Of a stretch of DNA of 64,000 bases, positions 1-13,979 are shown piece by piece. The notes under the pieces were generated by a model that did not search any database, was not told the DNA's origin, and saw only the letters and a program-made list of their open reading frames with translations. Every line of letters starts with the position of its first letter. Position 1 is the stretch's first letter. The DNA is taken from the NCBI RefSeq assembly GCF_009914755.1, contig NC_060944.1; one strand, written 5' to 3'. The stretch comes from the human T2T-CHM13v2.0 reference genome, Homo sapiens. A program made the translations under genes and the position numbers.

Positions 1-202
1 GAAAATAGTTTATTTATACCCCTCAAGGAGTTGACTCCACTATAAATATAAAATACTATATAAATTTAAAGATTATTTACCTCTCAACTAAAATGTTTAT
101 TGGGTATAAAAAAGTGCCAGGTTGCATACTGTCTCTTTGATACAATATACAAAAGAACATGTATTCAATATATTCAAATTATGAAACATAGCAATAAAAT
201 GA

Positions 203-538
<336 letters not shown>

Positions 539-561
539 GAAATATGGTATTTTTAAAAAAA

Positions 562-1129
562 AATTTATTTTAAGTTCTGGGGTACATGTGCAGGATGTGC
601 AGGTTTGTTGCATAGGTAAACATGTGCCATGGTGGTTTGCTGCACCCATCAACCCATCACCTAGGTATTGAGCCCAGCATGCATTAGCTATTTTTCCTAA
701 TGCTCTCCCTTCCCCCACCCCACCCCCTGACAGGCCCCAGTGTGTGTTATTCACCCACCCATGTCCATGTGTTCTCACTGTTTGGCTCCCACTTACAAGT
801 GAGAACGTGGTGTTTGGTTTTCTGTTCCTGCCTTAGTTTGCTGAGGATAATGGCTTCTGCCTCCATCTATGTCCCTGCAAAGGACATGATCTCATTCCTT
901 TTTATGGCTGCATAGTGTTCCATGGTGTATATGGACCACATTTCCTTTACCCAGTTGATTGCTGATGAGCATTTAGGTTGATTTCATGTCTTTGCTATTG
1001 TGAATAGTGCTGTAATGAACATACGCATGCACGTATCTTTATAATAGAATGATTTATATTTCTTTGGGTATATACCCACTAATGGGATTGCTGGGTCAAA
1101 TGGTATTTCTGATTCTAGATCTTTGAGGA
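562..1129 (-). mobile_element. L1PA 3' end (3'UTR plus ORF2 end), 5'-truncated
   Basis: ttaagttctggggtacatgtgcagg...ctgcacccatcaacccatcacctaggtatt is the antisense of the L1PA 3'UTR. Confidence 0.93.
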
Positions 1130-1130
1130 G

Positions 1131-1498
1131 CGAATAGGCAACCTACAGAATGGGAGAAAATTTTTGCAATCTATCCATCTGACAAAGGTCTAATATCCAG
1201 AATCTACAAGGAAATTAAACAAATTTAGAAGAAAAATGAAGCCCATTAAAAAGTAGGCAAAGGACACGAACAGATACTTCTCAAAAGAAGACATTCATGC
1301 AGCCAACAAACATATGAAGAAAAGCTCAATATTACTGGTCATTAGAGCAATGCAAATCAAAACCACAATGAGATACCATCTCATGCCAGTGAGAATGGTG
1401 ACTACTAAAAAGTCAAGAAACAACTGATGCTGGTGAGGTTGTGGAGAAACAGGAACACTTTTTCATTGTTGGTGGGAATGTAAGTTAGTTCAACACTG
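1131..1498 (+). mobile_element. Inverted 5' segment of the same L1PA (ORF2 C-terminal region)
   Basis: Sense ORF2 sequence (aggcaacctacagaatgggagaaaatttttgcaatctatccatctgacaaagg...) abutting the antisense 3' part. Confidence 0.9.
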
Positions 1499-1709
1499 TT
1501 TAATATGTATTCTTAATGATACAATTATTAAGTTTCTGTGTGCCTCTCTTTGACCTCACTTTCTTTGCCTAATTAATTTATAATTATTTCCCATTATCTG
1601 GAGTACTGTGCATGTCCCCTACCATCTAGCTCATTGGCTAGCACAGTGCAGGTACACAAACGTTTGATGAATATCCTTATGAGGGATGCAGATAACAATG
1701 ATGAAGACC

Positions 1710-1930
1710 ATGACAATAATTGCCTTTATGGAGCATATTCCATGGGCCAGGCTCTGTCTTTTTCTCTGTTTATAATCAACACAAATATTCTGCAAGGTAT
1801 TTTATAATATTGCTATGTTACAGCTGAAGACACCAAAGCAATCACAAGCATAGTCGTTTGCTAAAGCCACACACAGTCACTAAATGGCCAGACCAGAATT
1901 GAAGCCAACTCTTTCAAGTGACAGAGCTTT
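1710..1930 (-). mobile_element. MIR fragment
   Basis: Degenerate MIR core (ttacagctgaagacacc...aaatggccagaccagaattgaagcc). Confidence 0.6.
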
Positions 1931-2710
1931 TTCTCTTTTCGTTGTGCTAACTTAACTCAGTCTCTTACTTCTCAGTGTCTGTTACAGGATCAGGCCTGGA
2001 GTTTGTTATATAATTGATACCTGGAGATGCCTCGGTGGTCTATGGATTGGCACAATTGTGGCATTGCCTTCCCATGAATTCAAGGCTATTGCTGTCTTTG
2101 AACTGATATAAACTGTATTTTTAATTGGTAACTAGTAAAAAAGGATTTGAAGGAAAAGTTCCTTCAGGAAGTTAAACCTGGTTATTTATCTGCCACTTTT
2201 GTTGTATAACCATGGAATGTACAATGGCAGTTATGCTAAGTAAGTGATTTATCTCCACAAGTTATTGATTTTCTCATGAGTCAAGAAGGGTGGAACTGAG
2301 CGGAGCTATGAGTGATTTATGGAGAGGTATCAATAAAGGATACCAATAAGAAGGTGTCTCCATAGTCAGGCCCATTTTATGTTTCCTTTTTGCCACATTG
2401 AACCCAAATAAATGTCCTAAATCTATCACCTGATGTGGGTACCATGCCCCAGCCAACTGTTTAGAAGCGTAGGTTTAATCATCAACAAGAAAAATTTATC
2501 TTGATAAGATCCTTTAAATTGTACTTGTCACCAGAAAAGTGTTCTTTAAAAATGCTACAAGGTTTCATATCTCTTCTTTCACAATGAATTATGAGCTCAA
2601 TTTCTTTTAAGCTTGAACCTTTTTAATTGGAAATTCTTGTTGCAGGATTTTTAACATTGGCAGGGTATTCTAATATCTTGCTTCATCTCCTTGAATCTTT
2701 GTTGGTTATC

Positions 2711-2737
2711 TGTGTGTGTGTGTGTGTGTGTGTGTGT
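2711..2737. repeat. (TG)13 microsatellite
   Basis: Direct reading. Confidence 0.98.
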
Positions 2738-2934
2738 ACCTATATATGATTATGTTGATTGTGTATGTATCTATCTGTCTATAACTAAACAAATAAGAGT
2801 GTTAACTGTGAGAATTTTGTTTTTGTAACAATAATTAGTTTGCTAAATGGCTTAGTTGGGGCGAATGACTTAAGGAAAAAGAAGTCCCATCCCATGGAAA
2901 CTAGATGCAGTTCATTTATTTGAGGGAGATATTT

Positions 2935-3110
2935 TAGTATGGGTTGGGAGTCCCAGCCCTGACATTTATTAGTCATGTAACCTCAGACAAAACTTGTCAG
3001 CCCTGTCTGTTTTCCTAACTATAAAATGCAAAGATGGTTCCTCCTAGAGAGCTTCTACATCACATTGACTAGCGCCAATACAAGGCTTAGTACAGTGTTT
3101 AGCCGATAGT
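2935..3110 (+). mobile_element. MIR fragment
   Basis: tcccagccctgacatttattagtcatgtaacctc...tctgttttcctaactataaaatg. Confidence 0.65.
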
Positions 3111-3329
3111 GACTACTCAGTCATCAAGGCACATAGTGACTACACACCAACAAGACTTGCTGCTCTTGTTTTGTGTCCCTAGGCCACACCCCGATGTAGA
3201 AGTCAGCATTCTCGAAAACCTTAGTTCACCAGGTAAGCCCAGCTTTACATCATGAATTAACTAGTAAAAAGGATATTATGAAAGAGACCACAAAAATTCT
3301 CCTGTGGAACAAATGTCTCTGGACAAGAG

Positions 3330-3936
<607 letters not shown>

Positions 3937-4059
3937 GCTTACTTTCTTAATATCCTCCTCCCTCCCTTCCTTCCTTCCTTTTCCCCCTTTCTTTCTCTCT
4001 CTCTTTCTTGTTCTGTAGCAGTTGGCACTTTCTAACTTTTTAAATTCACTTATTATATT

Positions 4060-4190
4060 TATTGTCTACATCCTCCTAAAATACACGTTTTATAAAAGTA
4101 AAGGTTTTGGCCCATGATGTTAACTGTTGTATCTTCAGTACCTGTCAAATAGGGATTTGATAATTGTTTGTTGAATGAACAAATGAATAA
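4060..4190 (+). mobile_element. L2 3' end fragment
   Basis: actgttgtatcttcagtacct...tgtttgttgaatgaacaaatgaa. Confidence 0.6.
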
Positions 4191-5809
4191 ACATAAGCTC
4201 AGATAAATGAAACTGTCTTGGTTTAATTGTCGTTTAGAGGAAATTTTTATATTTAGTATATTTGACTGTTTTTGTCCCAGCTCAGGTCTACTCTAGACTT
4301 GGGGCCTTTAAAAAGATTAAGTTCGGAGAGCTAAGAGATAAGATTCCTGCAGTTTGAGGGTCTTTTTTTTTTTTTTTTTAAACCTCATTAAAACCTTGAT
4401 TCTTTTTTCTATGCAGTTATAAACCTTAGTAAATTTGCCTGCTGGGAAAAGACAGATGAAACAAATGGCCTTCTACTTAAATGGCTTTTACCTGAATTTA
4501 ATTTCATCTATGTATAGCCTCAGTATAAAGTTGCTTTAGAATTCTCTTGATAAGAAGCAATGCAGAAAAAATGTGATCATCATAGTGGGGGGTGTCGGGG
4601 GGGTAGAACTCAGATAGCTTTGGCCTTCCTTTTTTTTTTTTTCTTGTTTGGTTCCAAGTTTTCATCTTCTCTGCATTTCCAAACAGATGCTGAATTCTCG
4701 TTTGTCCCTAATGGACACATCAAGTGTACTCTAGTCGCTGTGTCTGCTTTGCTGTGAGTAGTTTGCAATTCCTATGATTAAATATGCAATTAAGATTTAA
4801 ATACAATAAAGCACATGAAATTTTGCAATTAGGATGAGGCTGCACTGCTCATGACAGATTTAAATGTCAGCGCCTCCAGTTGGAATTGAAAGTGAGATTT
4901 TGCTCTCTCCATTTGAATTTGGAAAACCCTCCATTACACATTACTAACCAGAATCAGTTGAGACTGGGAGTTGGTATACTGAAAGTGGTTCCTTTCAGGC
5001 TTATAATGCATTGATCCTAAATAATTTTTGGAGAGATGTGTAGGCTGCCAGTGTACAAATGATGCAGTGCAAGTGATATTATTTTAGTTTGATAATCAAC
5101 GTGTCATAGCTTCTCTCCCCGCTTGGTACGTTGCATTGTAAATCCGATACTCACAGGCAAAGTCCCTGTGATCCACTATACTGCCTTGAGTTGCGGCAAC
5201 GTTATTATGAAAAATACATTCATTTGTCTATATGGAAGGGATTTAAAGGTTGCTGCATTCATTTTTTACCGCAGTCTAAGTACTTAATCTTATGGACATT
5301 GCTCAACAAGAAAATGATCTCTTCCTCTCTACCCCCATTAGCAACATTCTTTCAGTCTCAAGAAATATAAATATTGGGGCATATTAATGAAAATGACATC
5401 TACTGCTGATATATTAAAACTCAAATGTGTGATTAAGTATTCTGTTAATTAACTCTTTTTGTCAGAATAATTGTAAATGCGTTCTCATACTTCAGAGCAA
5501 TTTGAACTGCCAGGAGAAGGTTAGTAGACTGCCCTGAGATAGTTGGAAATCAGACATCATTAGTTTAATTAAATTCCATTAACATAACAAAAACAGTTTC
5601 TTCGATTTTTTTTTTAAAGGATCCTAATAGAGAGACCGTCATAGTTACAGCAGCAGCCAGGAGATACTAAAGTTGCTGTTTTTTAACCCACAACTTCTAT
5701 CGCTTCTTCAGAGTATTTGCCGGCTCTATCATCACCCATTGATGCAACAGATATTTATTAAGCCTTTGCAAGGTTTTAGGCATTGCTGTAGGTTCTAGGG
5801 ATAGAACAG

Positions 5810-6184
5810 TATCTTAGTCCATTCAGGCTATTACAACAAAACAGCATACATTGGGTGGCTTATAAGCAACAGAAATGTATTTCTCATCATTCTGGAGGCT
5901 GAGACATCTACATCAAGGTGCTAAGCAAATCTGGTTTCTGGTGAGGACCCATTTCCTTGTTCACAGATGGTGTCTTCCATGTGTCCTCTCATGGTGGAAG
6001 GAGAAAAAGCTCAGGCCTTTGAAAAATAAGGATACTAATTCCATTCCTAAGGGATCTACCCTCATGACCTAATCATCTCCCAATGACCTCACTCCTAATA
6101 TCATCACATTGGGAGTTAACATTTTACAACATGAATTTGGCAGGGGCGGCGGGGGGTAATGACATAAATATTTAGACCATAGCA
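5810..6184 (-). mobile_element. MLT1A/MLT1A0 solo LTR
   Basis: tcttagtccattcaggct...ttctggaggctg...tttagaccatagca; 5-bp TSD aacag/agcag. Confidence 0.88.
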
Positions 6185-6294
6185 AGCAGTGAGTAGAATA
6201 TTCAAGGTCACTCCTCACAGAGTGCTATTGGTGTTGGGGGCCAGACTATAAAATAAACAGACAAATATGGATGGTGATCAATGTTATGAAGGAA

Positions 6295-6580
6295 GCTGGG
6301 TGCGGTGGCTCACGCCTGTAATCCCAGCACTTTGGGAGGCTGATGCAGGCAGATCACCTGAGGTCGGGAGTTCAAGACTAGCCCGGCCAATGTGGTGAAA
6401 CCCTGTCTCTACTAAAAATACAAAAACTAGCCAGGCATGGTGGCGCAAGCCTGTAATTCCAGCTACTTGGGAGGCTGAGGTAGGAGAATCACTTGAACCC
6501 AGGTGACTGTAAGCTGAGATCGCACCACTGCAATGCAGCCTGGGTGACGGAGCAAGTCTCTGCCTCAAAAAAAAAAAAAA
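6295..6580 (+). mobile_element. AluS with a small right-arm deletion
   Basis: Alu dimer with A tail; TSD gttatgaaggaa 6283-6294 / 6581-6592. Confidence 0.95.
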
Positions 6581-7424
6581 GTTATGAAGGAAAAAAATTA
6601 GGCGATGCGATCAAGAAGTTATGGGAGGTATATGGCTAAACCTGCAATTGAGTGATCAATACTGACTCTGAGAGGTGACATTTGTACGGGATCCCAATGA
6701 CAGAGCTGAATAGAGAGATTGGCAGGTGAAGGATTAGCTGGGGAAAAGGCCCTGAGTTGGGGACAGGATTAAGGTTTAAGGAAGAGAAAGATTAGGCCGA
6801 AGACTGAAGTCCATTGAACAGGGGCAGGTATTGGAAGATGAGGGTGGCCAGGGAGCAGGAGTCAGGCCATGTAGACTATGGTGAAGAGTTTATTTTTAGG
6901 GCAATGGGAAGCTATTATGAAGGAGAGGGATATAATTTGATCTATATTATTTAAATTGACTTTGGTGCTACTGTTTGGGGAATGGATGTAGAAGACCAAA
7001 AGGCAAAGTGGGAAAACCATTTAGGAAGCTAATGCATTATCACAATAATAAATGATGCAGGCACCAAATTTGGAAATGGCTGTCTGCAAGCTGAGCATAA
7101 TCATCACACCAGATGTACCTCATGATGGCTTGAGACCTCCCCACAACTCGACCCCTATTCCCTTTTCCAGCTTTATTTCCCACTACTTCTTACTACTGTA
7201 GTCAGTGTAGTCCACCTGTCCACTGTATGCACTTCTATCTCACACCTGTGTTCAGGCTATTGGGCCTGCCTGAAATATCTCATCTACGCATTATCTAGGT
7301 CGGGGTCATTCCCACACTTCAGATTGGAATTTGGTACTGCTATCTCTATAAAGTCCTGAAGGAACAGGTTAACTTCTGAACCTCAGGTTTGAATCTGGAT
7401 CAATCAAACTGCAAACCCCTTCAA

Positions 7425-7570
7425 CAAAAGCCCTGGGATTTTTGTTAAAATTGTAGATTTCTACAGCTTACTCAATATTTGCCAACTTAGGTGTCTGGGT
7501 GGGGATTAGGAATCTGTAAATTAAGTATCCTGGGTGATGTAGGTATCCACTTAGGCTCGAAAACAACTGA
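7425..7570. mobile_element. MER5-type hAT MITE
   Basis: ttgttaaaattgtagattt...ggaatctgtaaatt...ggtgatg...aaaacaactg. Confidence 0.6.
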
Positions 7571-7899
7571 TGTCATGTTTCCTGTCCGTTGTTTTTCAGT
7601 ATTAATTGCATCTGTGATTAAAGTATTTGCGTGGGAGAAGTACATTCTTTGTGTTTAGACTGATCTGGATTTGTATCTCTGCTTTGTACGTTGCAGGTAG
7701 CAGTTGTATGCTGTCAGACAAGCTAGTGTCTCTGAGTAGGGATTATGATACCATTCCCCAGTATTGTTAAGATGAAATGAGATGGTGTGTCTGAAGTAAC
7801 TTGCATAATGCCTGGCACTGAATTTTTGTCCTTGTAACAACAACGACAACAACAACAAAATTAGCATTTATTATGCAAGTGCTGGGAATATTCTAGGCA

Positions 7900-8203
<304 letters not shown>

Positions 8204-9172
8204 TAGGCAACATTTTACTTGCTTTTTATGAAGAAACTCATTTAGTTTTCACATGAGGTCAACTCTATTGCTATCTCCTTTTTATACTTAAGGAAACAGA
8301 GGCATACAGAAGGCAAATAACTAGCCCAAAAGCACAAAGCCAGTCAACAACTGCAAGTAACCACAGTAGCTGTAAATAACTGTAAGTAATTGTAAGTAAC
8401 AATAAATAACAACCCATGTTCTTGGCTTGTCATGCTACCCCACCTCCCACTATGGCAGCAAAGCAGCTGGGGCAGGGGCTTCACAACTGGGAGCTTTCAA
8501 TTACTTGCTATGGCATTTCATCAAGATGGGTGTGTTATGATACCATGTAACTCTAGCTATAACTCATGAATCATTGTCTTCCTCTCCCTCCTTATCATAC
8601 CCTTGAGGTTCTATCTTCCGATGTTTTCATCTTCCAAAGAACTTACATGGAATCTTTATACCAAAAGGGGTCAACAAATATTTGTTGAACAAAACGATAT
8701 GAATGTACCTAAGACAGAGCACAGTCCCAGAGATGGAAAGACTCCCAATAAATATGTCTTGAATAAGTGAGTGAAATTCATCCTCTTTACCTCTGTTTAC
8801 TCTGGATTTTCCTTGGAGTTATTTCATCTCTGACCTTGGTATCCTCATCTATACAATCAATGAGCTGGGGCTTGCATTGAACCCACCACCTCTTCCTTTA
8901 CCGTCAACACATACACATACACACTCACACAACACACATACACACAGTAACGTGATCTATTCTGTCTCCAAATTTTCCACTTACTAAACTCAAGCATGTA
9001 AATACCAGCACCCAGCACGTGTTTTGGAGAGTAGCAGGTTGTATGACAGTTGATTTTTTTAGGAAGACACCAAGATAGCTTTAATTCTCTCTCTCACACT
9101 GAATATATCTTCCAAGAAGAATTCATTTATGCTGCTGTGAAGTTCTGAAGTCCTGCCTAAAATATATCGCCT

Positions 9173-9186
9173 CTAGCAGATGGCGG
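9173..9186 (+). promoter_or_regulatory. Candidate CTCF site
   Basis: CTAGCAGATGGCGG is close to the core CCASYAGRKGGCRS; lies in non-repeat DNA with retained CpGs. Confidence 0.55.
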
Positions 9187-9279
9187 CTGCTGCCTCTCTA
9201 TAAAGAGAAATGGAATGCCGCTGACGTACAGATGTATTTAATGGGAAATAATAGGCCTGAGATTTCCAACAGCTTGCAT

Positions 9280-9830
9280 GTCTCCTTTGGTTATAAATGA
9301 CAGAAAGCTATCACAAATAAGCTTGGGCAAAAAGAAGCATTTATTACAAGGATTCTGAGATATCCCACACAATCTCAGGAGAGGGATGTGGCTAGGCCTC
9401 AGGGATAACTGGATTCAGAAAATCATACACCATAACCATTATTGTCTTCTTTTTTCCTGCTCCTCTCTGTAAATCTGGCCCATTCACTTGTGTCTTCTGT
9501 TGGTCTCCCCTTTGTTGGCATCCCTGGGCCTTTTCTGTGTGGTCTCTGGGAGCTCTCCCCAAATTTACAGCTTCTTTTCTGAAATGTGTGTCCAGCTTCT
9601 CTTTCTCAGTCTAGTTCTCAGTTTCCCAAAGAAGGTGCCTTATTGTTCCAGTCTGAATCAGGAGCCCACCCTGGACCAATGGGCCAGAAGGTGGGCTGTG
9701 GTGACACTGCTGTTCCTCGTACAATCATACAGATGGTTTCAAGAAAAAATAGCTTCAGAAAGAGGCGAGAGCAGCTTGCAGAAGGAAGCCAGGGCTGAAG
9801 TATAACCCTGGACAAATACAACAGTTATGT
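9280..9830. mobile_element. Ancient MaLR/ERVL LTR (MLT1K-O-like)
   Basis: ttggttataaatgacagaaa...aagcttgggcaaaaagaagcatttatt resembles old MLT1 termini. Confidence 0.5.
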
Positions 9831-10149
9831 GTTTACTGAAATCTACCAAGATCTCATTTCTATTGCCATAAGGGTCTGAAGTCATAGCTAAAATGATTGC
9901 TTCTGGCAGATAAGTGCTGTTGTCTTATCCATAAAGAGAAATAAAATGCTGCTGAGCTATAGAGCATTCAGTATGAAAGGTTAGGACTGAGGTTTCAGAT
10001 GGCTAGGATGCCAAGAATCCTTCTTCAGCCTTCAGAGAGTCCTTGTTTCATGCAATACAGAGCCATCTTGAACAGAAATTTCCAGGATATAACAAAAATA
10101 CAGAGTACTGATTATTTATCTAACACATCTTAGTTGTTTTATTATTTAA

Positions 10150-10290
10150 CCTTTTCAAAACCCTGCTGGAGTATGTTTCACTATGGTTTCCATTATACAG
10201 ATGAGGAAACTGAGGCTTAGAGAGGTGAAGCTGCTCAGAGCAGGGAGCAGAGGGAGATAGGACTCAAACCTCACATCCCAGAACTTTCTG
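10150..10290 (-). mobile_element. MIR
   Basis: acagatgaggaaactgaggcttagagaggtgaag core. Confidence 0.85.
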
Positions 10291-10594
10291 GCTGGTGTCC
10301 TGTGTGATGGGGATGCCTTTTGCGATGGCTGGGGAAGCTTTGGGATGTCTGGGGGCCCTACACTGACTCCAGCCACGGCAGCCTTGGGGAGAATTCAGAA
10401 TCCCCCTCATTAACCCCGGTGGGCCTCACGAAGATGATCACCGTCTGTGTGTGCCGTGATAGAAAGATGTTTGAGAAGCACTGCTGTACTTCTGATAAGA
10501 CTTCACATAATTTCTCTTAATGTCAAGCTAATTTCATTACAACAAAAAGAATTTTCAGGTGCTAGAGTTTAAATATTTAAATATGTAAATATGT

Positions 10595-11243
10595 GTTGTA
10601 TTTTTATATTGATCATAGTTGTACATATTTTTGAGGTACATGTGATATTTTGATTCATGTATACAATGTGTAATGATTAAATCAGAGGAATTGGGATATT
10701 CATCATCTTACAGATTTATCTTTTTTTTTTTGTATTGGAACAAATTCATTTTTGTTTGTTTGTTTGTTTTGGGACAGGGTCACCGTTTGTCACCCAGGCT
10801 GGAGTGCATATCTTACTATAGCCTTGACCTCCTGGGCTCAGGTGATCCTCCTGCCTCAGCCTCCCAAGTAGCTGGGACTACAGGTGTGTGCCACTATACC
10901 TGGATAATTTTTTTATTTTTTGTTGAGACAGGGTCTTGCTATGTTGCCCAGGCTGGTCTTGAACTCCTGGGCTCGAGCAATCCTCCCACCTCAGCTTCCT
11001 AAAATGCTGGGATTATAGGCGTGAACCACTGCACCCAGTCTATGTTGGGAAGGAATATTATAACTTGTCTCCTCTAGCTATTTTGAAATATACAATAAAT
11101 TATTAACTATAATATAATACAGTATGATGTAATAATATATAGTATTGTATCAATACTATATATGATTAACTGTAATTTTCCTACTGTATCATCAAATACA
11201 CAAACTTATTCCATCTGACTGTACTTTTGTACCCATTAACAAG
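10595..11243 (-). mobile_element. L1MA 3' end interrupted by AluJ
   Basis: gtacatatttttgaggtacatgtgatattttga...tgtacccattaacaa; possible TSD tatgtaaatat 10582-10592 / 11244-11254. Confidence 0.8.
10749..11040 (-). mobile_element. AluJ
   Basis: gccttgacctcctgggctcaggtgatcc; gggtcttgctatgttgccc. Confidence 0.92.
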
Positions 11244-13539
11244 TATGTAAATATTTAAATGTAGTTTTAAATATTTAAATTTGGAACCACATTTACACGC
11301 TGCTGTCACATCATCACAATTAGTTATCATTTCTAAAGGCTTTCCTATGTGCCAGCCACTGAGCAAAGTGCCAACAACTACATTTGCTTTTCCATTCTTG
11401 CCTTCTACTCATCCATAACCCATTGCGCTCTAACCTTCACCTTCCCCCTGTCCCTGAGACTGCTCTTTCAGGAGCAAGCCTAACACAGTAGAAAGCACCT
11501 GGGCTTTGGCATAACATCCACGTAGGGTGAAGGACAGATTCCCCTGTTTTCTAAGAAAAGTAAATGGCTGCTGGGCAGGCACAGAACAACATTTACTCTA
11601 GAGACAGTGATGAGGATAGCTCAGAGGACAACCAAAAGGATAAAAAAGAAGTTAGGCTCTTGGAGAGAATGAGTAGGTCAGGGAGAAAAGTTCCAAATAA
11701 AAGTTACAACCAACATGAGAAAATACACCTCCAGGAATGATGGTCAGAAGTTCCATAAAATGGTAGAACTCACAAGTGAGGAAGTGGAAATAATGACTCA
11801 GGAAACATGTTTACGACCATCAAAGAAATAAAGGAGTGAATCACTTTCTTGAAATGAGAAGAGGAGTGGCAGGCATTGGTCCACTGCCCACCCACCCCTT
11901 TTCCTTTTTCATTGCGAATACAGCTCCATTTATTTTCTCTATGCCTAGTATTGGGGAATTCATTAAGCCTTGGAAATCCTGTTCCCTTTTGTCTGTGGTT
12001 GGTTGAGATGTCATGTAACACAAGCCTGGGCATGAAAGGTAAGGGGCTTTTGAAAAAAGGAGAAGTTCCTGAAATAAGAAAAAAGAAATGTGAGAAGAGT
12101 TGAATCGTTGTCCTCTTCTGTACTCCACTTTGAACTTGGTCACAGGAGTTTTTGAAGCCTAGAGTTGAGGAAGCATCTTTTGTGTATAAAGAAACAAATG
12201 TAAGGCTGAAAATCCAAAATGCTAAAGATGGCAGAGGAAAGAAGGGAGAGATTCTGGGAGCTTGAAGATATTTTTGGTTCACCTTCTCTCACAAACAAAG
12301 ACTACAACTACCTAGCTACAAACTTGTTGTTGTTTGAATAGATGATAGATGGAGAGGAGGAATGGAAAGCTGGATGTCTTTGCTTACTTAGGAAACGGTT
12401 GGGTATTTGCTGTTTGGCAAAAGAATTGCAACTAAAACAAGTGGGTTATTAAGAAGAGTCAGATATTTTAAAGATGAAAAATACCAAAAAAAGAAAAATA
12501 AAGCCATTGAAACAAAAATAAAAATGTGTAATGTAAAATTCAAATGTGGTTAAAAAGCACAATGTGGAATTATATTAGTGCCTTATAAATAACTTTCAAA
12601 TAAAATAATTATGAATAGTTTGGCACATATGTCTTTTTCTTCTTTTCTATCTATCATTATTGACTTTTAATTTCTTATAAGCATTGTTACATACTATTCA
12701 TAATGTTTTGCAGATTCCTTTTTCAATTGTCTTTGTATAAACTGTCAATCTTGCTTAATCTTTTTAACGACTATGTGATATTCTATAGCACAGAGCAAGT
12801 TAATACATCCTTCAGGGATGGCAACTGGCAGTAGCTGAACTGAAAACTAAAAATGTCAAATATTTGCATCCCTAGCAATTATCCTATAAAATATCCCCCA
12901 AATAATGCAAAAATGTATGTAGCCTAGAATATTTATTGTGGCTTTGTGTGTACTAAAACAACAACAATAGAAACAGATGATAAATCCCAAATATGACTCT
13001 ATTTTAGTTCTTGATCACATCTTTTGATTCTGTGTTAGCATTTTCCAGAATGCAACATGCAAGGGCCTACTTTCTGTCGTAATATTCTCCAGAATGCAAT
13101 AGATACCAATAGTAAATTATTAATATTGCCTACTTTTAAACTTTTTTTTTAACAAGCATTCTGCTCTGGTGGCTGCTGAATATTGTTGTCACTTCAGTGA
13201 CTAATTGCTTTCACCAAAAGAGTGATGTGGAGTACAGAATCACCTACACATCACTGTTTTTGTATTCTGTGGTTATTAATGGACTAATGGACTATAAGGT
13301 TTTAATGAATAGAACATAAATGCAGAGACAGGAAAATATATTAGTTTTTTTTCCCAAGAGTGATATGCCTTAATTACACTTAACTCCTCAGGTTATTAGC
13401 TACATAACTACCGGTGGAAGAACTTATAATCACTCTCGCGTGAAACTAATGAATATGCTTTTACACATTGAATATCATTTTATCATTTACTTTAGACACA
13501 AAAAAAGACTGGCTTTTCTGTGAACATGATGATAATATC

Positions 13540-13695
13540 ATGTCATTTATTCAAATATTAGAGAACCTGTCACATTTGTTCCATAAATACTTATTGTGTG
13601 TTTATTATGTGCCAGGCACTATTCTAGGTTGCTGGGGTTACAGCAGTGAACAGAAAAATCCGTTTTGGGATAGGGAACTGTTCCTACTCTCATAG
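13540..13695 (-). mobile_element. L2 3' end
   Basis: aaatacttattgtgtgtttattatgtgccaggcactattctagg. Confidence 0.75.
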
Positions 13696-13979
13696 GAAGT
13701 AAATGAAATTTCTATGTGGATTGCCCTAGTTGAAACTTAGGGGGAAAATTTTGATGTATGTCATTAAGGTGGACATGACTAGATGGCTTATACTTTGATT
13801 GAAACAAGCCTTCTTTTACAAATAATTGATAACAATCAGTTGCAAAATCAAAATTCACAATGGTTATTTGACTACTGAATTTGAAATTTAGAAACATTTC
13901 TATAGTAATAAGCTAGTATTTTAAACTTCAGATGGAGAATTTGTAGTGGGATAATATGAAAATTTATTTAAAATATACT

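Larger units (their letters stand above)
5735..7070 (-). mobile_element. L2 fragment interrupted by MLT1A and an Alu
   Basis: caacagatatttattaagc...ctagggatagaacag; resumes after each insert (gaggtgacatttg, aatgggaagctatt, ccatttaggaagct). Confidence 0.75.

Noticed and set aside
2129-3274. taactagtaaaaa(a)ggat at 2129 and 3258
   Set aside because: Short, AT-rich and gapped; cannot be distinguished from chance
8349-8410. Degenerate 10-mer repeat (aactgtaagt)
   Set aside because: Ordinary short slippage array with no further structure
11770-12282. Longest ORF (170 aa, minus strand)
   Set aside because: No recognisable domain; F/S/L-rich composition reflects a purine-rich opposite strand; no promoter or exon support
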